A stretch of DNA of 64,000 nt from Felis catus (taxonomy: Eukaryota), in contig NC_058368.1 in assembly GCF_018350175.1 (NCBI RefSeq), positions 179,058,001-179,122,000 of the forward strand, in the 5' to 3' direction. Every line of letters begins with the position of its first letter. Position 1 is the stretch's first letter. Made by a program: the position numbers and the translations under genes. Under the pieces are notes generated by a model that was not told the origin of the DNA, did not search any database, and saw only the letters and a program-made list of their open reading frames with translations. This document shows positions 1 to 11,302 of the stretch, piece after piece.

Positions 1-184
1 TATTGTAGATACTCACTGGAAGTTCATTCCAAGCTATTGCTTCTACCACATATCTCTTATATTTAACATAAAACATGACATTGCACCAAACCTATAAGAA
101 CATGCCCTGTAATAAGTTGACCCTTGCCATTCAGAAACAGTGATGGGAGGAAGGGTAGATTGATATATAACTGCTGGAATTTTT

Positions 185-404
185 TTTTTAATTTTTTTTT
201 TAATGTTTATTTATTTTTGAGACAGAGAGAGACAGAGCATGAATGGGGGAGGGGCAGAGAGAGAGGGAGACACAGAATCGGAAGCAGGTTCCAGGCTCTG
301 AGCCATCAGCCCAGAGCCTGACGCGGGGCTCGAACTCACGAACCGTGAGATCATGACCTGAGCTGAAGTCGGACGCTCAACCGACTGAGCCACCCAGGCG
401 CCCC
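185..404 (-). mobile_element. Young full-length feliform Can-SINE (SINEC_Fc-like)
   Basis: Reverse complement begins ggggcgcctgggtggctcagtcggttgagcgtccgac, with (CT)n and A tail. Perfect 16-bp TSD aactgctggaattttt at 169-184 and 405-420; CpGs intact. Confidence 0.95.
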
Positions 405-668
405 AACTGCTGGAATTTTTAAGAGGATGTATGTTTGTGCCCCAAAATGTCACACTGATTATAAATATACTTTGTAAGCTCTGATAGTCTATATGTAATC
501 TATTTATGTCTTTGAGTATATATGGGTGGGGGGGGGAAGGGGGGAGAGGAAGAGAGAAAGAGAGAGTGGGGAAAGAGAGATATAATAAATAAATACTGCT
601 AACAGGCATGGTTCTAGTGGATATTATATTCTAATGGAGTATCAAAAACAATTCAAGAGGATAATAAT

Positions 669-1030
669 TGTCTTAGGTTGGATTCTCCAGGAGCAAACTC
701 AAGAGATGAGGTTTGGGTGAAGGTGACTTACTTATTAGGAGGAGTTCCAGAAAATGCTGAAAGGGGAGTGGAAAAGTGGGACCATGAAGGAAAGGAGGCC
801 AGTCAGGCTGCAAAAGCAGTTAAGTGTCACAGAAAGGGAGCTCTGGACACAGAGAGGGCCATAGGGGGACATAGGGGCAAAGCGGCTAGGGTATTTCAAC
901 CCTGGGGACAGACAGCCACAGGCATTTTGAATGCCCTCAGTGCACAGGCAAATAGGCCTCTACAGCCTAAGGGCAGCACAAGGAGGCCGGTCCTGGCTGT
1001 TGGGAGAGAAAGTCCTTCCAGAGCTATTTT
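669..1030 (-). mobile_element. MaLR LTR remnant (MLT1-like)
   Basis: Starts tgtcttaggttggattctccaggagcaaactcaagagatgaggtttgggtgaagg, resembling a reverse-oriented MLT1 terminus; degraded. Confidence 0.5.
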
Positions 1031-1039
1031 ATGCAAAAA

Positions 1040-1460
1040 TAAATATTCATGGATTACAGGAGACACAGTGCCCTGGAATGGATGTTGCAATGACAAATAC
1101 AAATATCTGATAGTAAGACAATTAACTAGGTAACGGGAGAAAGAAAGTCTGGGTGTGTGGAGAGGACTGTTCCACGTGAGGCAGTCAGGCCTCTCTGTGA
1201 TGGAGATTCCTGAGCTGAGACCTGAGGGTGAGAAGGGAAAAACCTGCAAAGATCTCAGGAAAGAGCATTCCAAGCAGAGGAAAGGGCATGTGAAGGTCCT
1301 GGGGTAGAAATCTGCTTAACACATTGAAGGACTCACATGGACAAAGTGTGGCCAGATTATAGAATATGGGGAGCACAATACGAGAGGACAAACTTGGAGA
1401 TTCTGGCTAGGGCCAGGTCTCGTCAGGCCTGATGGCCCATGGTAAAGAGTTTGACTCTTG
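1040..1460 (-). mobile_element. L2 remnant
   Basis: Reverse L2 motifs such as gagctgagacctgagggtgag, gaaagagcattccaagcagagg and ccatggtaaagagtttgact. Confidence 0.65.
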
Positions 1461-1589
1461 GGTGGAGATAAACATGTTTTGTTTCATTTTGTTTTGTTTT
1501 GTTTTCTATTTTTAATGAAGCTTGGGGGTGGGCCTAGAGAGGAAGGCAGAACACTGAGGAGGCTTTTTGAGGGGGGGAAGAAGAGGTCT

Positions 1590-1770
1590 AATGTTCACTG
1601 AGCCCTCACTATCTACCAGCCATTCTCTCCGTGAAAAGTATATCATTATACCTATTTTGTAGATGAGGAAACAAGTTCAGAGAGGTTCAGTAACTTGCCT
1701 AATATCACACAGCTGGGATTTAAACCTAGGAAATGTGCTTCCAGAGCCCATGTTCACATCTGCCAAGCTA
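1590..1770 (-). mobile_element. MIR
   Basis: Core attttgtagatgaggaaacaagttcagagaggttcagtaacttgcc. Confidence 0.75.
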
Positions 1771-3989
1771 TCCTGCCTCCTTACAGTAACAGTGATGGGG
1801 AGAAAAGATGAAAGCTTGACCAGTTTGTGGCAGGAGGGTCAGACAAAAGCAGAGAGACTTGGGGCAGAGTCGACATGTCTTCCTGATGGATTAGACATGC
1901 TATATCGATGTGTATTTTGAACAACTGCATGAGAGAATAATAGATTCATTTTAGGGTTTATCAAGTTAGGACCCAATCATGGAGACCATTTCATCGCCTC
2001 AACTAGCAAGTAATGAAAGATTCCCATCAACATTTCTCAGATGGTGTGAAGTGGTGCAGCAGTGGCCTATCATCACGCCTTCTGAAAGCTGTTAGGGCAT
2101 AATTGGTGTGTTCTGACAGGTGCCTGCACTTTCACTTACCCCTCTGCACTTTCCAAGATCATTTTCACTGTCACTGCTGACCGGCTTCCTCCCAGCCAGC
2201 TCACTCATTAAACCATAATCCAGCTCCATAGAAAGTGCTTTTAGGAAAATAAAGGTGCAGATATGGCCAGTTGAGTCATGACCCAAAATTTGATTTGTCC
2301 CTAATGCTTAGAACAATTACATTCGCAATGCCATTCCAGATGAGTGTAGCTCAGCCTGTTAGAAGACTGCCTCACCCACCTCCTAACCCTGGCTAATGGA
2401 AGGAGAAGCAAATGAAAAAGCCTAGGGTGGAAACAAGTGGCCTCTATACTGGATAATCGGAGCCGTTTGTAAAGGAAGATTCCCATCAAAGTAATAGGCT
2501 CCATTTCAAATTCATGCAGGAGGAGAAAAGAGTCAAGTTAGCTTTTTGACTGCAAAGAGCTATGTCTTACATCCCTCGCGCCCATTTGATTCCAATTCGG
2601 TGACATCTGGAATTCAAATTAATTTATAAGCACTTAGGACACATATTATAACAATCAGTACCACCCACACCCCTCCAGGGCTTATCATCCCTGACCCACT
2701 GCCTCTCTTCTGTACCATGCCACACAGATCCCTTAATCCCTTCACCCCCAGCCCTTGGCCCTCTGGAGACTCACGCAATTCCCTGGCTCCATGAATTTCA
2801 ATCTGTTCTTGACCAGGAACTCTTTCTGAGCTAATCTGTGGTCATACACTCAGAGTTTTCTCAGCAATGCGAGTCATTATAACAGCTATGTTTTAAGAAA
2901 GGGTAGAAACCATTTGTCTAGAAATCTGTTGAGAATGAAAGAGAATGGGAGAAGGGAATATCAAATATGAGATATGCAACCTATGTTGAACTCCTCCTCC
3001 TGTGAACTCCAGACACCACACTGAGAATTCATTTGGTCCTTCTCAAAACCTCTTCTGGTATATTGTGTTATCCCCATTTTACAGATGAGACAATAGGAGC
3101 TCCAAGAAGCGTACCCAGGGTCACTTCGCTAGGGTGCCCATAACCGAGGCAAGATTCCAACACAGGCCTGTCTGACCCCAATGCCGGTGCCACTCCAACT
3201 TCACATGTGCATGAGTACGGACAATTATTCCCAATTCCTAGATCCTGCCAGCATGGGGCAGCCACCCTTTGAATTTGTTAGCTCCCTCAAGCTGGCCTGA
3301 AATAGAAAATCCAAAACCCTGGCTGCCTGGTTTGTTTAATGGTTGGTTGTTTTGTTTTGTTTTGTTTTAATAAGGGTTATGGTCTCAGGTGAACAAAACA
3401 AACAAATTCTGATCCTAGAATCCTAAACAATAATGAGCATTCATCAACTCGGTGATTTAACCTTCAGTCCAGTCATTCACTTTCATTTTGTTAATTCAGC
3501 CAACCATTTATTGAGCAACAATTGGTTGAGCTTACCCATCTCACTGCAGTTGGTTAGCAAACAGCAGTCATGACCTTCAAACTATTCACTACCTTTTCCT
3601 AGAAGACAGTGAGAGCCTGGAGCGAGATGTCTAATCTCAATCAAGTCCTGTCTCCTACAGTTCCTGGAACAATGCTTGTCACACAGTAGGATCCTAATAA
3701 GTGTTAGATGAATGAACAAGTGTTTGCCGATTTCAGAGAGGGAGCCTGTCTGCCTACATTGAGGCCAACGCTCACAATCAGAATGCTATTTAGTGTTGGA
3801 TTAGTGCAGTATTTATTACTCTGTGCTGTCCTTGAAGAAACCAAGTGGCAGTAGCTGGTGGCTGGAGGAGGGGTGTTTAAGGAGCAGAACTGTATGTGTG
3901 TTTCTTCCCCTTTCCCTCCTCCCCTTGAGCGGCTCTTCTAGTAAGACCCTCCCATTCTTGGCTTTACCCTATCATAGGGGCAAGGGTGG

Positions 3990-4150
3990 GGAAGTGGAGA
4001 GAACTCTGGATTTAGGGTCCAGAGCCCTAGGTCTGAGTCCCAGCTTACTACTGGTAGGTGGTGTGACTTCAGACAGGTCATTTTACCTCCCTTCCTCTAA
4101 AAATGGGGATTAAAATGCCTAATTCATAAGAGGCTCCAAATAAAACATCA
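3990..4150 (+). mobile_element. MIR
   Basis: gagtcccagcttactactggtaggtggtgtgacttcagacaggtcattttacctc...aaaatggggat. Confidence 0.65.
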
Positions 4151-6223
4151 TACACATTCAGTTGTAGTTATTAAGTACAATGAGGTATGGGGATCTAATG
4201 TTATGCCTAAGAAGTTTTGAATTCCAAAGCAAAGCACGTTGGAACTTTAGTTTCCTTCAGCTGTAGCTGACATCTACACTTGACAAAACGCCTGGACCAG
4301 GCATGCCGGAACAAAATGGATTCGAAGCTATTACCTGCATCATTCAAACAAAGCGTGCTTCTGTCTGAAACACCAAACTCGGAGAACTGCGTTCCAAGAG
4401 GTGGATATAAATTGAAATGATTGGAATATATGCCTCAGATTTTTATGTTCCCTTTCGTATGTGGATAGACTAAAGGAGAGCTTGGGCATGCTTTTTCTGA
4501 ACATCCTTTTACATTTCTGCTTGCACCTTAGAATAATAATGCCACTTACCCGCAATCCTCAAGCCGCCCGTGAGCGATCCTATATCCCTGCCATCATAAA
4601 ACTTACAAATACCAAGAAGAACAAAAACCAACAGCGATGCTTTGGATCAATATTGAGCAGCCAGCATTCCATTTCTGGGAAAAGCGCACATTAAAAGCCT
4701 CTTGTTTACATTTTAAGGCTAACAGAGGGGCCCTTCATTTCAGAGAATTAAATGAGAAAATTCTCCTGGATTCAAGCATTAGCAAAATGGAATGGTTGTG
4801 TAATTGTCTCCAATCATCTCTGTTCCTCTTACCTTCCCCATAACAGCTCCAGGGGAGAGGAGGGTGGGGTCCCTCTCATTTACAGCTCTACACGTTAAAA
4901 TTCCAGTGTTGCTCATTACAAAGGGAAAACAGAGAAGTGTAATATATTTGAAACAAGCCGACTAATTGCAAACAAACTTCAAAGAAGAGGGGAAAATCAC
5001 TGCCTTTTACCCCCCTAAATAAAAGTGGGAATGGGGAGAATTTCTCCTCTGGCCTGTTCTTTCCTAAAAGCACTCAGCTAAGAAGGTGGAGAACAGAGAC
5101 AGCCCTAAGGGGGCAGGGGTTCTGCCTGCTTCCTTTCTCCATTCCTGCAACAGAGCCAATGTGAGCCCTCCTCTGGAAGGCCCAAAACAAAAGAGTAACT
5201 TAAGAAATGAATCACCTACTTAGGCCGGATATTTTAATGAGAGGATCAAAGAGATCCTGTTTGGACTCTGAGGCCAGCGAAGAGGAAACTGAGCTAAGCA
5301 TGAGACAGGAGAAAGTAAACAGAATAAATATCAGTCACCAACATGTAATAAGCTTTCTGTACTAAGGGAGGACAATATATGGTCCTTACCCTTGGGGCAG
5401 TCCAAGTATAATAAAGAAAAGAACCTGTCAATTGATAGGAACAGTATAGAAATCACATACAATGAAACGCACTGTTTCCAATTACGTTCAGTCCCTGCTG
5501 ATGAACCTCAAACTGTACTTCTATGAAACTGACACTAGTATTTTATTTGGGGCACGACATGTTGATATATTTATTATTAGTTATATGTACTCCTTCCCAT
5601 GATACCTTACTCCAAAAAGAAGAAAAAAACAAAAGAAGAGGACATACCAATGTAAAAGTTAACAAACACAAGGGCTCCAAGTGCCCATAAAATGCGGCTC
5701 CTCGCTTGTCTGATTATCAGGGCAATAAAGAAAATCAACCAAGTTCTAGAATTTGTTGGCCATTAAGGTAGAAGAGAACTAATTCTGTAAGAGAAACACA
5801 GTTTTGTCTGGAACTAAATTCTTACAGAAATTTTTCATACTGAGTTAATGTTAATGTTCTTCATTAAAGTTTAGTAGTGTTTAGTTGCTTCTGACATCAA
5901 ACTGTGGAATTTTAACTCTGAAAAGAACCTGAGAAAAGCTAATGGTTTCAATTCCTTGGATTGTGTCGAGTGCCCATGCAAAACATCAAAACAACAAATG
6001 GAGGAGGGCTCAGGATTGCACACTTGTCCTCACATGGCAGCTTCATTTATTTTTCATGTGAACAAGTATTTATTGAGTGCCTAGCAAATATTAAGCATCA
6101 TAAATGGCATAGAGGTATATAGAACCAGGATGTAAGTGGTAAAGATAGAGAGAAGTGATCAAATTCAAGGTATATATAAGAAAGATTCAAAGGCCTTAGT
6201 GATTGATTGAAAGTGAAAAATGA

Positions 6224-6414
6224 GGGGTGTCTGAGGGGCCCAGTTGGTTAAGTGTCCAACTCTGGTTCAGGTCATGATCTTATGGTGTGTGAGTTCAAGC
6301 CCTGCATTGGGCTCTCTGCTAGCAGCACAGAGCCCATTTCAGATCCTCTGCCCCTTCTCTCTGTCCCTTCCCCCCTCACTCTTTCTCTCTCAAAAATACA
6401 TAAACATTTGTTAA
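6224..6414 (+). mobile_element. Can-SINE inserted in an L2 remnant (about 6050-6600)
   Basis: ggggtgtctgaggggcccagttggttaagtgtcc...caggtcatgatct; TSD aaagtgaaaaatgagg at 6210-6225 and 6415-6430. Confidence 0.9.
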
Positions 6415-7594
6415 AAAGTGAAAAATGAGGCACAGGAAGATTTGAGGGCTAGTTCGAAATGACTGGCAAAATAATGGAAGAAGAAAAGCTTTTCGTGAAC
6501 AGAATGAATACGGTTTTGGAAATGTTGAGTTGGAGTGCCTGTAAGACATTCAGATGGAGATGTCAAGGGGACAGCTGGATAAATATGTCAGAAAATTATC
6601 TTCTACAAATGGGTAAGCATTACTTCAGCTATATGGAAGATACATAGAACACTGCTGCCTCCCGCAAAGAATTTATAACAGGCAATTATAGTGTATTTAA
6701 AAGACAGCAAATTACTAAAGCTTATTTGGTGATGGTCATGACAGCCATGATGAAAGGAAAGGAAAGAGAAGGAAAAGGAGGGGAAAGATACAGAAGACGA
6801 GGAAGAGGAGCAGGAGAAAGTGAAGGTGGAAATGGAAAAGAACAACACCTGGGGTCTGAAGCAGGACAGCTGGGGACACATGTTGGGACAAGGGAGCTCA
6901 ATAAAGCTTGGAAACATGAGGGATTTTCATTAGAAAATTTTGTATCATCACAAGGACAGGTTTAGACAAAGCCCAAAGATGGTTAAGCAGCCCAAACTGC
7001 CCATTTGCTCAAGCAGCCCAAATGTATTGATCTAACCAATACATTTGTCAACACCATCTCTTTACTAAGCGGGAGCAAGTAGGAGCTGGAGGGCAGGGTT
7101 TTCTGGCAACAACAGTTAATCACTATTTCTGGAACACATCCAATGTACCTGATTGTTAAAGCTGGGATGGAACATAGCTAAAGTCTGTCCCTTTCCCTCA
7201 AGGACTCTCCTGCTAGAGCATCACGCACAGCCTACTAGCCCAAGAAAAGGCACGTGATAAATTGGACTATGAGGAGGAGGGATGGAAAGAAATGTCAGCC
7301 ATGAAGGAGGCTCCATTCTCATTCTTCTGATGCACTAAGTGCCAGGCCACACAATGAGTGCTACAGAGTGAACGGTAGAGGATATGAAGAGCAGGAATCT
7401 CTCTCTATCCTTGTTTCCTTCTCTGCAAAGTGGGGAAAATGAGAGCACCTCTCTTCACAAGGTCATAAGAATAAAATAATATGTATAAAGCACTTAGAGT
7501 GGCACGCCTGGACCATGGTAAGCACTATAAAATTATAAGCCTTTGTTTATTTATTTTAAAAATATTGTTTATTTTTTAAATTTCCATATGTAAC

Positions 7595-7730
7595 TTTCTA
7601 GGTAGTAAAATTATGCTGTATCTTGTATGGATGGTGATTGCATGGGTAGATGCATATGTAAAAAATTCACTGAGCTGTACATCTATGATCTGTGTATTTC
7701 ACTATATGTAAATTACACTAACATTTAAAT
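7595..7730 (+). mobile_element. Ancient L1M 3' end fragment
   Basis: aaaattcactgagctgtacatctatgatctgtgtatttcactatatgtaaattacact, a typical L1MB/ME terminus. Confidence 0.65.
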
Positions 7731-9431
7731 ATATATAGTTAGTTATCAGGTAGGTAATTTTAGTTTCCCTTCACAGATGTACACTGTGGGGCTTGAGGAA
7801 GTCAAGCAAATTGCCTGAGATATTGTGCCAGATCTCAGCCTGGGTTCCTATTTCAGCTGAGCCTTGCTCCCTGACAGGGCTCAAGACAGCAGTTACCCAA
7901 AGATGCTGTGCTATACTCTACTTCGAGAGTCTCCTGCATGAAGAGACAGCAGCTATTCCCTCCTCTCTGCCATTCTTTCTCCCACCTTCCACCCTCTTCT
8001 CATCTCAGCTCAATTCCATTGTCTCATTAACTATTAAAACAAAAATCCTTGCCAAGTAACAACCCACAGGGAAACACCCAGAGGAGGACTGGCAGTGATT
8101 AAGGACTGAAGGGAACACACCCAGAGCTCTGCAAATCCCTCAGGGGCCTAAGGTGCCCCGCTACGCACTGAAGTGTACCCCCTCTAAGTATGCATGCAGT
8201 TCTTACCAGGACAAAGAGCATGAGCCAGAGAAGAGTGAGTGCTCCTAATTTAAGAGGTGCTGTAGAAATTAATTTTGTATGCCTCCTCCATTAGCAGTGT
8301 GTCTGAATTAACTTTAATATGCAAGTTATCATGTTAATCTTTGATACTAAAAAAGAATGTATCGTCATTAACCTTCCTATCCCTGAATTTAGCAGTGCAG
8401 TCTTTTTATTAGCCGTACGTAATAGAAGTAGCATGATTTCCTGGCATCTCAGCACTCTACCTCTCTGTATGCAGTTCCACCAGTCACTCTGTAGAATCTC
8501 TGCTGATTCAGAAGTCCATTTTTCAAACATTTGACTCTAACTGCCCATAAGTCACCAGAAGCTGACTCCACCTCCCCATCCTTTTTTTTTTCAGATTCTT
8601 CTAAATGGGAATAAATTTTCCACTGCAAGCATATTCCAAAAAAAAAAAAAAAAAAAAAAGAAGCCATGATGGTCAATGGAAGGGGGCCCACAGCAGGAAA
8701 GAGACATGAATAAGTTCTGTGTCATATTTATGAAAGGCAAGCTCATGACAGACTAGCAGTAACTGGTCTTCAGAGCTCTAGGATATTTGGGGGACTAAGT
8801 TATGGTTACAGTAGGAACTGATGCTTCAAGGGATAGGTAAACAAATTAAGCAACACTGGAAAATTAGCTGTTAAGGATAATAGGAAAATCATCCAATAGT
8901 ATAACCTAAGACATCTTTCTTTTTGTGTATTCACTTGATATATGTAAATTATAGGTAAAGGAAAGTTACCTATACCTCCATTTGATGAATAACTTTAACA
9001 TTCCTGTTCCACTCATTCCATACGTTCTAATCTTTAAAACGTGATAATAGTGCAAAATAAATTGCATTTTGCCACCTTTTTATTTCATTCACACCCTCTC
9101 GTTGAACAGCAAGATCATGAGAAATTAAAGAACTTCTTAGAAGGGGAAAATAAGACAAGAATGAGGTCTAAAATAGAATCTTAAATCATCAGTCCTTGAA
9201 AAATAAAACCAGTTTCTGTTCTCAATAAATGCAACAGCATAGAGTTTAAAATTATCTACATATTGAAACTAAATTGGCTACCAATCCAGCTTTTCTGCTT
9301 GTAGGAAAGCTACCAGTAATACAATTGTGGACATATCTGAGATCATCTCTGGTGTGTGGGTAGTTTTTATGTTCTCCTTTTAGATTTAATAATTGCTTTT
9401 CTGGCTGCTACCTTAAGAAGGTACGACATGT

Positions 9432-9659
9432 GGGGCACCGAGGTGGCTCAGATGGTTAAGCATCTGACTCTTGGTTTCAGCTCAGGTCATGATCTCACCA
9501 TTTGTGAGTTCAAGCTCCACATCGGGCTCTGTGCTGACGGCACAGAGCCTGCTTGAGATTCTCTCTCCTTCTCTATCTGCCCCTCCCCAACTTGTGCACA
9601 TGCATGTGCATGTGCGTGCACATACTCTCTCTCTCAAAATAAACAAACTTCAAAAAAAA
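9432..9659 (+). mobile_element. Can-SINE
   Basis: ggggcaccgaggtggctcagatggttaagcatctgactcttggtttcagctcaggtcatgatctc; CT/TGCA-rich tract and A tail. Confidence 0.9.
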
Positions 9660-9749
9660 GTCATGATAGGAATAAGAAGGCAACTAGTATTTCAGCCAAA
9701 TATATCTTCAAAGGGCTGAGAGCATTCTAAAAGGCAGAGTCAAATATTC

Positions 9750-10160
9750 TCCAAGCTTTAACCATTTATTTTCCAAGTTAATCATTATTTTTGCCAATGT
9801 GAAACCCACCATGTACTGCTCATAATTTACACCCCGCACTATTAATTACTTAATATTTTTATAAAGTGGATGCATTCTAATTTGCTTATATTCTTTTAAA
9901 TGAAAAATTTGCTATTTCAAATGGAAAATCAGTATTGTCTGCCATAGATGGAAGGTAAGTGTACCAATCAATACTATTAAAACAAAACACTTTAATTAAA
10001 TTCTAAGAGGAACTTAAGCCTGAGGTCCGCTCCCTTGTTATCAGAGGAGATTAATAGAGAAAGATTAAAGACAAAACAGCAAAAGTATACAATCCTTGAC
10101 ATAACTAGAAAGACTGAAAGGGAGTTAGAAGAGAATGGTCTTCTGCTTCTATGATATTGC
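9750..10160. mobile_element. hAT-Charlie DNA transposon remnant (MER113-like)
   Basis: aaatggaaaatcagtattgtctgccatagatggaaggtaa and aattaaattctaag...agcctgaggtccgctc match the remembered MER113 consensus. Confidence 0.55.
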
Positions 10161-10695
10161 AGTTTATTTGTGCATGCCCAAAATTATCCTTCATGCCAAG
10201 GAAAATAATTTTGCATATGGTAGTACATATCCACACTTTGAAAAACACAATTGCTAAGAAATAAATCAAAATTGGGATTCCTGGCTTCCCATCTCTGCAA
10301 TTAACTGATGGTGTGACCTTGGGAAGGTCTTCTGGGCCAGTGTCCTGAGCTATAAAATGAGAAGGCAATCTCTCCAAGGAGTTGCTCAACTCTATGTGTC
10401 TGTTTTTGTGAAACCCTTAAACATGTTACAGCATATCTTCTCATCAACTGAAGTTTTCAGTTGTTAATTGCATTCACCCTCTTATCTGAAAGTCTTACCT
10501 AGAAGAAATAGCAAAGATTTGAAAAGATCAGCTACTTTGGGGCAGAAGAACCTTTTGAAGCTGTTGTGTTGGAAAAAATCAATAAAATTGACTACAATCC
10601 AGGCACCACAGAGGCTGACTGTCCAGGATATATGCCTGTGCCTCCCTCAACTTTGGAAGCCAGTAGACAAAGCCTGTCTTTAAATCGATCTTATA

Positions 10696-11155
10696 AGCCT
10701 AAATGTCCGTCAACTGATGAATGGATAAAGAAATTGTGGTTTATATACACAATGGACTACTACGTGGCAATGAGAAAGAATGAAATATGGCCTTTTGTAG
10801 CAATGTAGATGGAACTGGAGAGTGTTATGCTAAGTGAAATAAGTCATACAGAGAAAGACGGATACCATATGTTTTCACTCTTATGTGGATCCTGAGAAAC
10901 TTACCAGAAGACCATGGGGGAGGGGAAAGAAAAAAAAAAAGGCTAGAGAGGGAGGGAGCCAAAACATAAGAGACTCTTAAAAACTGAGAACAAACTGAGG
11001 GTTGATGGGGGGTGGGAGGGAGGGGAGGGTGGGTGAGGGTATTAAGGAGGGCACCTGTTGGGATGAGCACTGGGTGTTGTATGGAAACCAATTTGACAAT
11101 AAATTTCATATTTAGATAATAATAATAATAAAACAATAATAATAAAATAAAAAAC
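10696..11155 (+). mobile_element. 5'-truncated young felid-type L1 (end of ORF2, 3' UTR, A-rich tail)
   Basis: Encodes PKCPSTDEWIKKLWFIYTMDYYVAMRKNEIWPF (L1 ORF2 C-terminus), G-rich 3' UTR, aataaa. TSD aaatc(g/c)atcttata at 10682-10695 and 11156-11169. Confidence 0.93.
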
Positions 11156-11283
11156 AAATCCATCTTATATACCATCACCTGATCACTTGCCTGGGTCAAG
11201 TGGTAGTTTATGCCAGGTGAGTAATAGAGGATCCTGATTCAAATGACCAGTTTCCCCCTTCCTATGAGAAAAGTAGGTTGACT

Positions 11284-11302
11284 GGGGGGGGGGGGGGGGG
11301 GG
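11284..11302 (+). repeat. Poly-G tract (G19)
   Basis: Seen directly. Confidence 0.95.

Noticed and set aside
185..404. tRNA-like A/B boxes as tRNA genes
   Set aside because: They are the tRNA-derived heads of Can-SINEs.
211..609. ORFs containing WVAQSV/AQVMIS/SLEPASDSVSPSLSAPP (also at 9471, 38219, 41257, 42036, 54282 and 55112)
   Set aside because: These are translations of Can-SINE sequence, not genes.
678..1133. Longest ORF in the track (151 aa)
   Set aside because: Non-ATG start, spans an LTR-like and L2 remnant, and resembles no protein I recognise.
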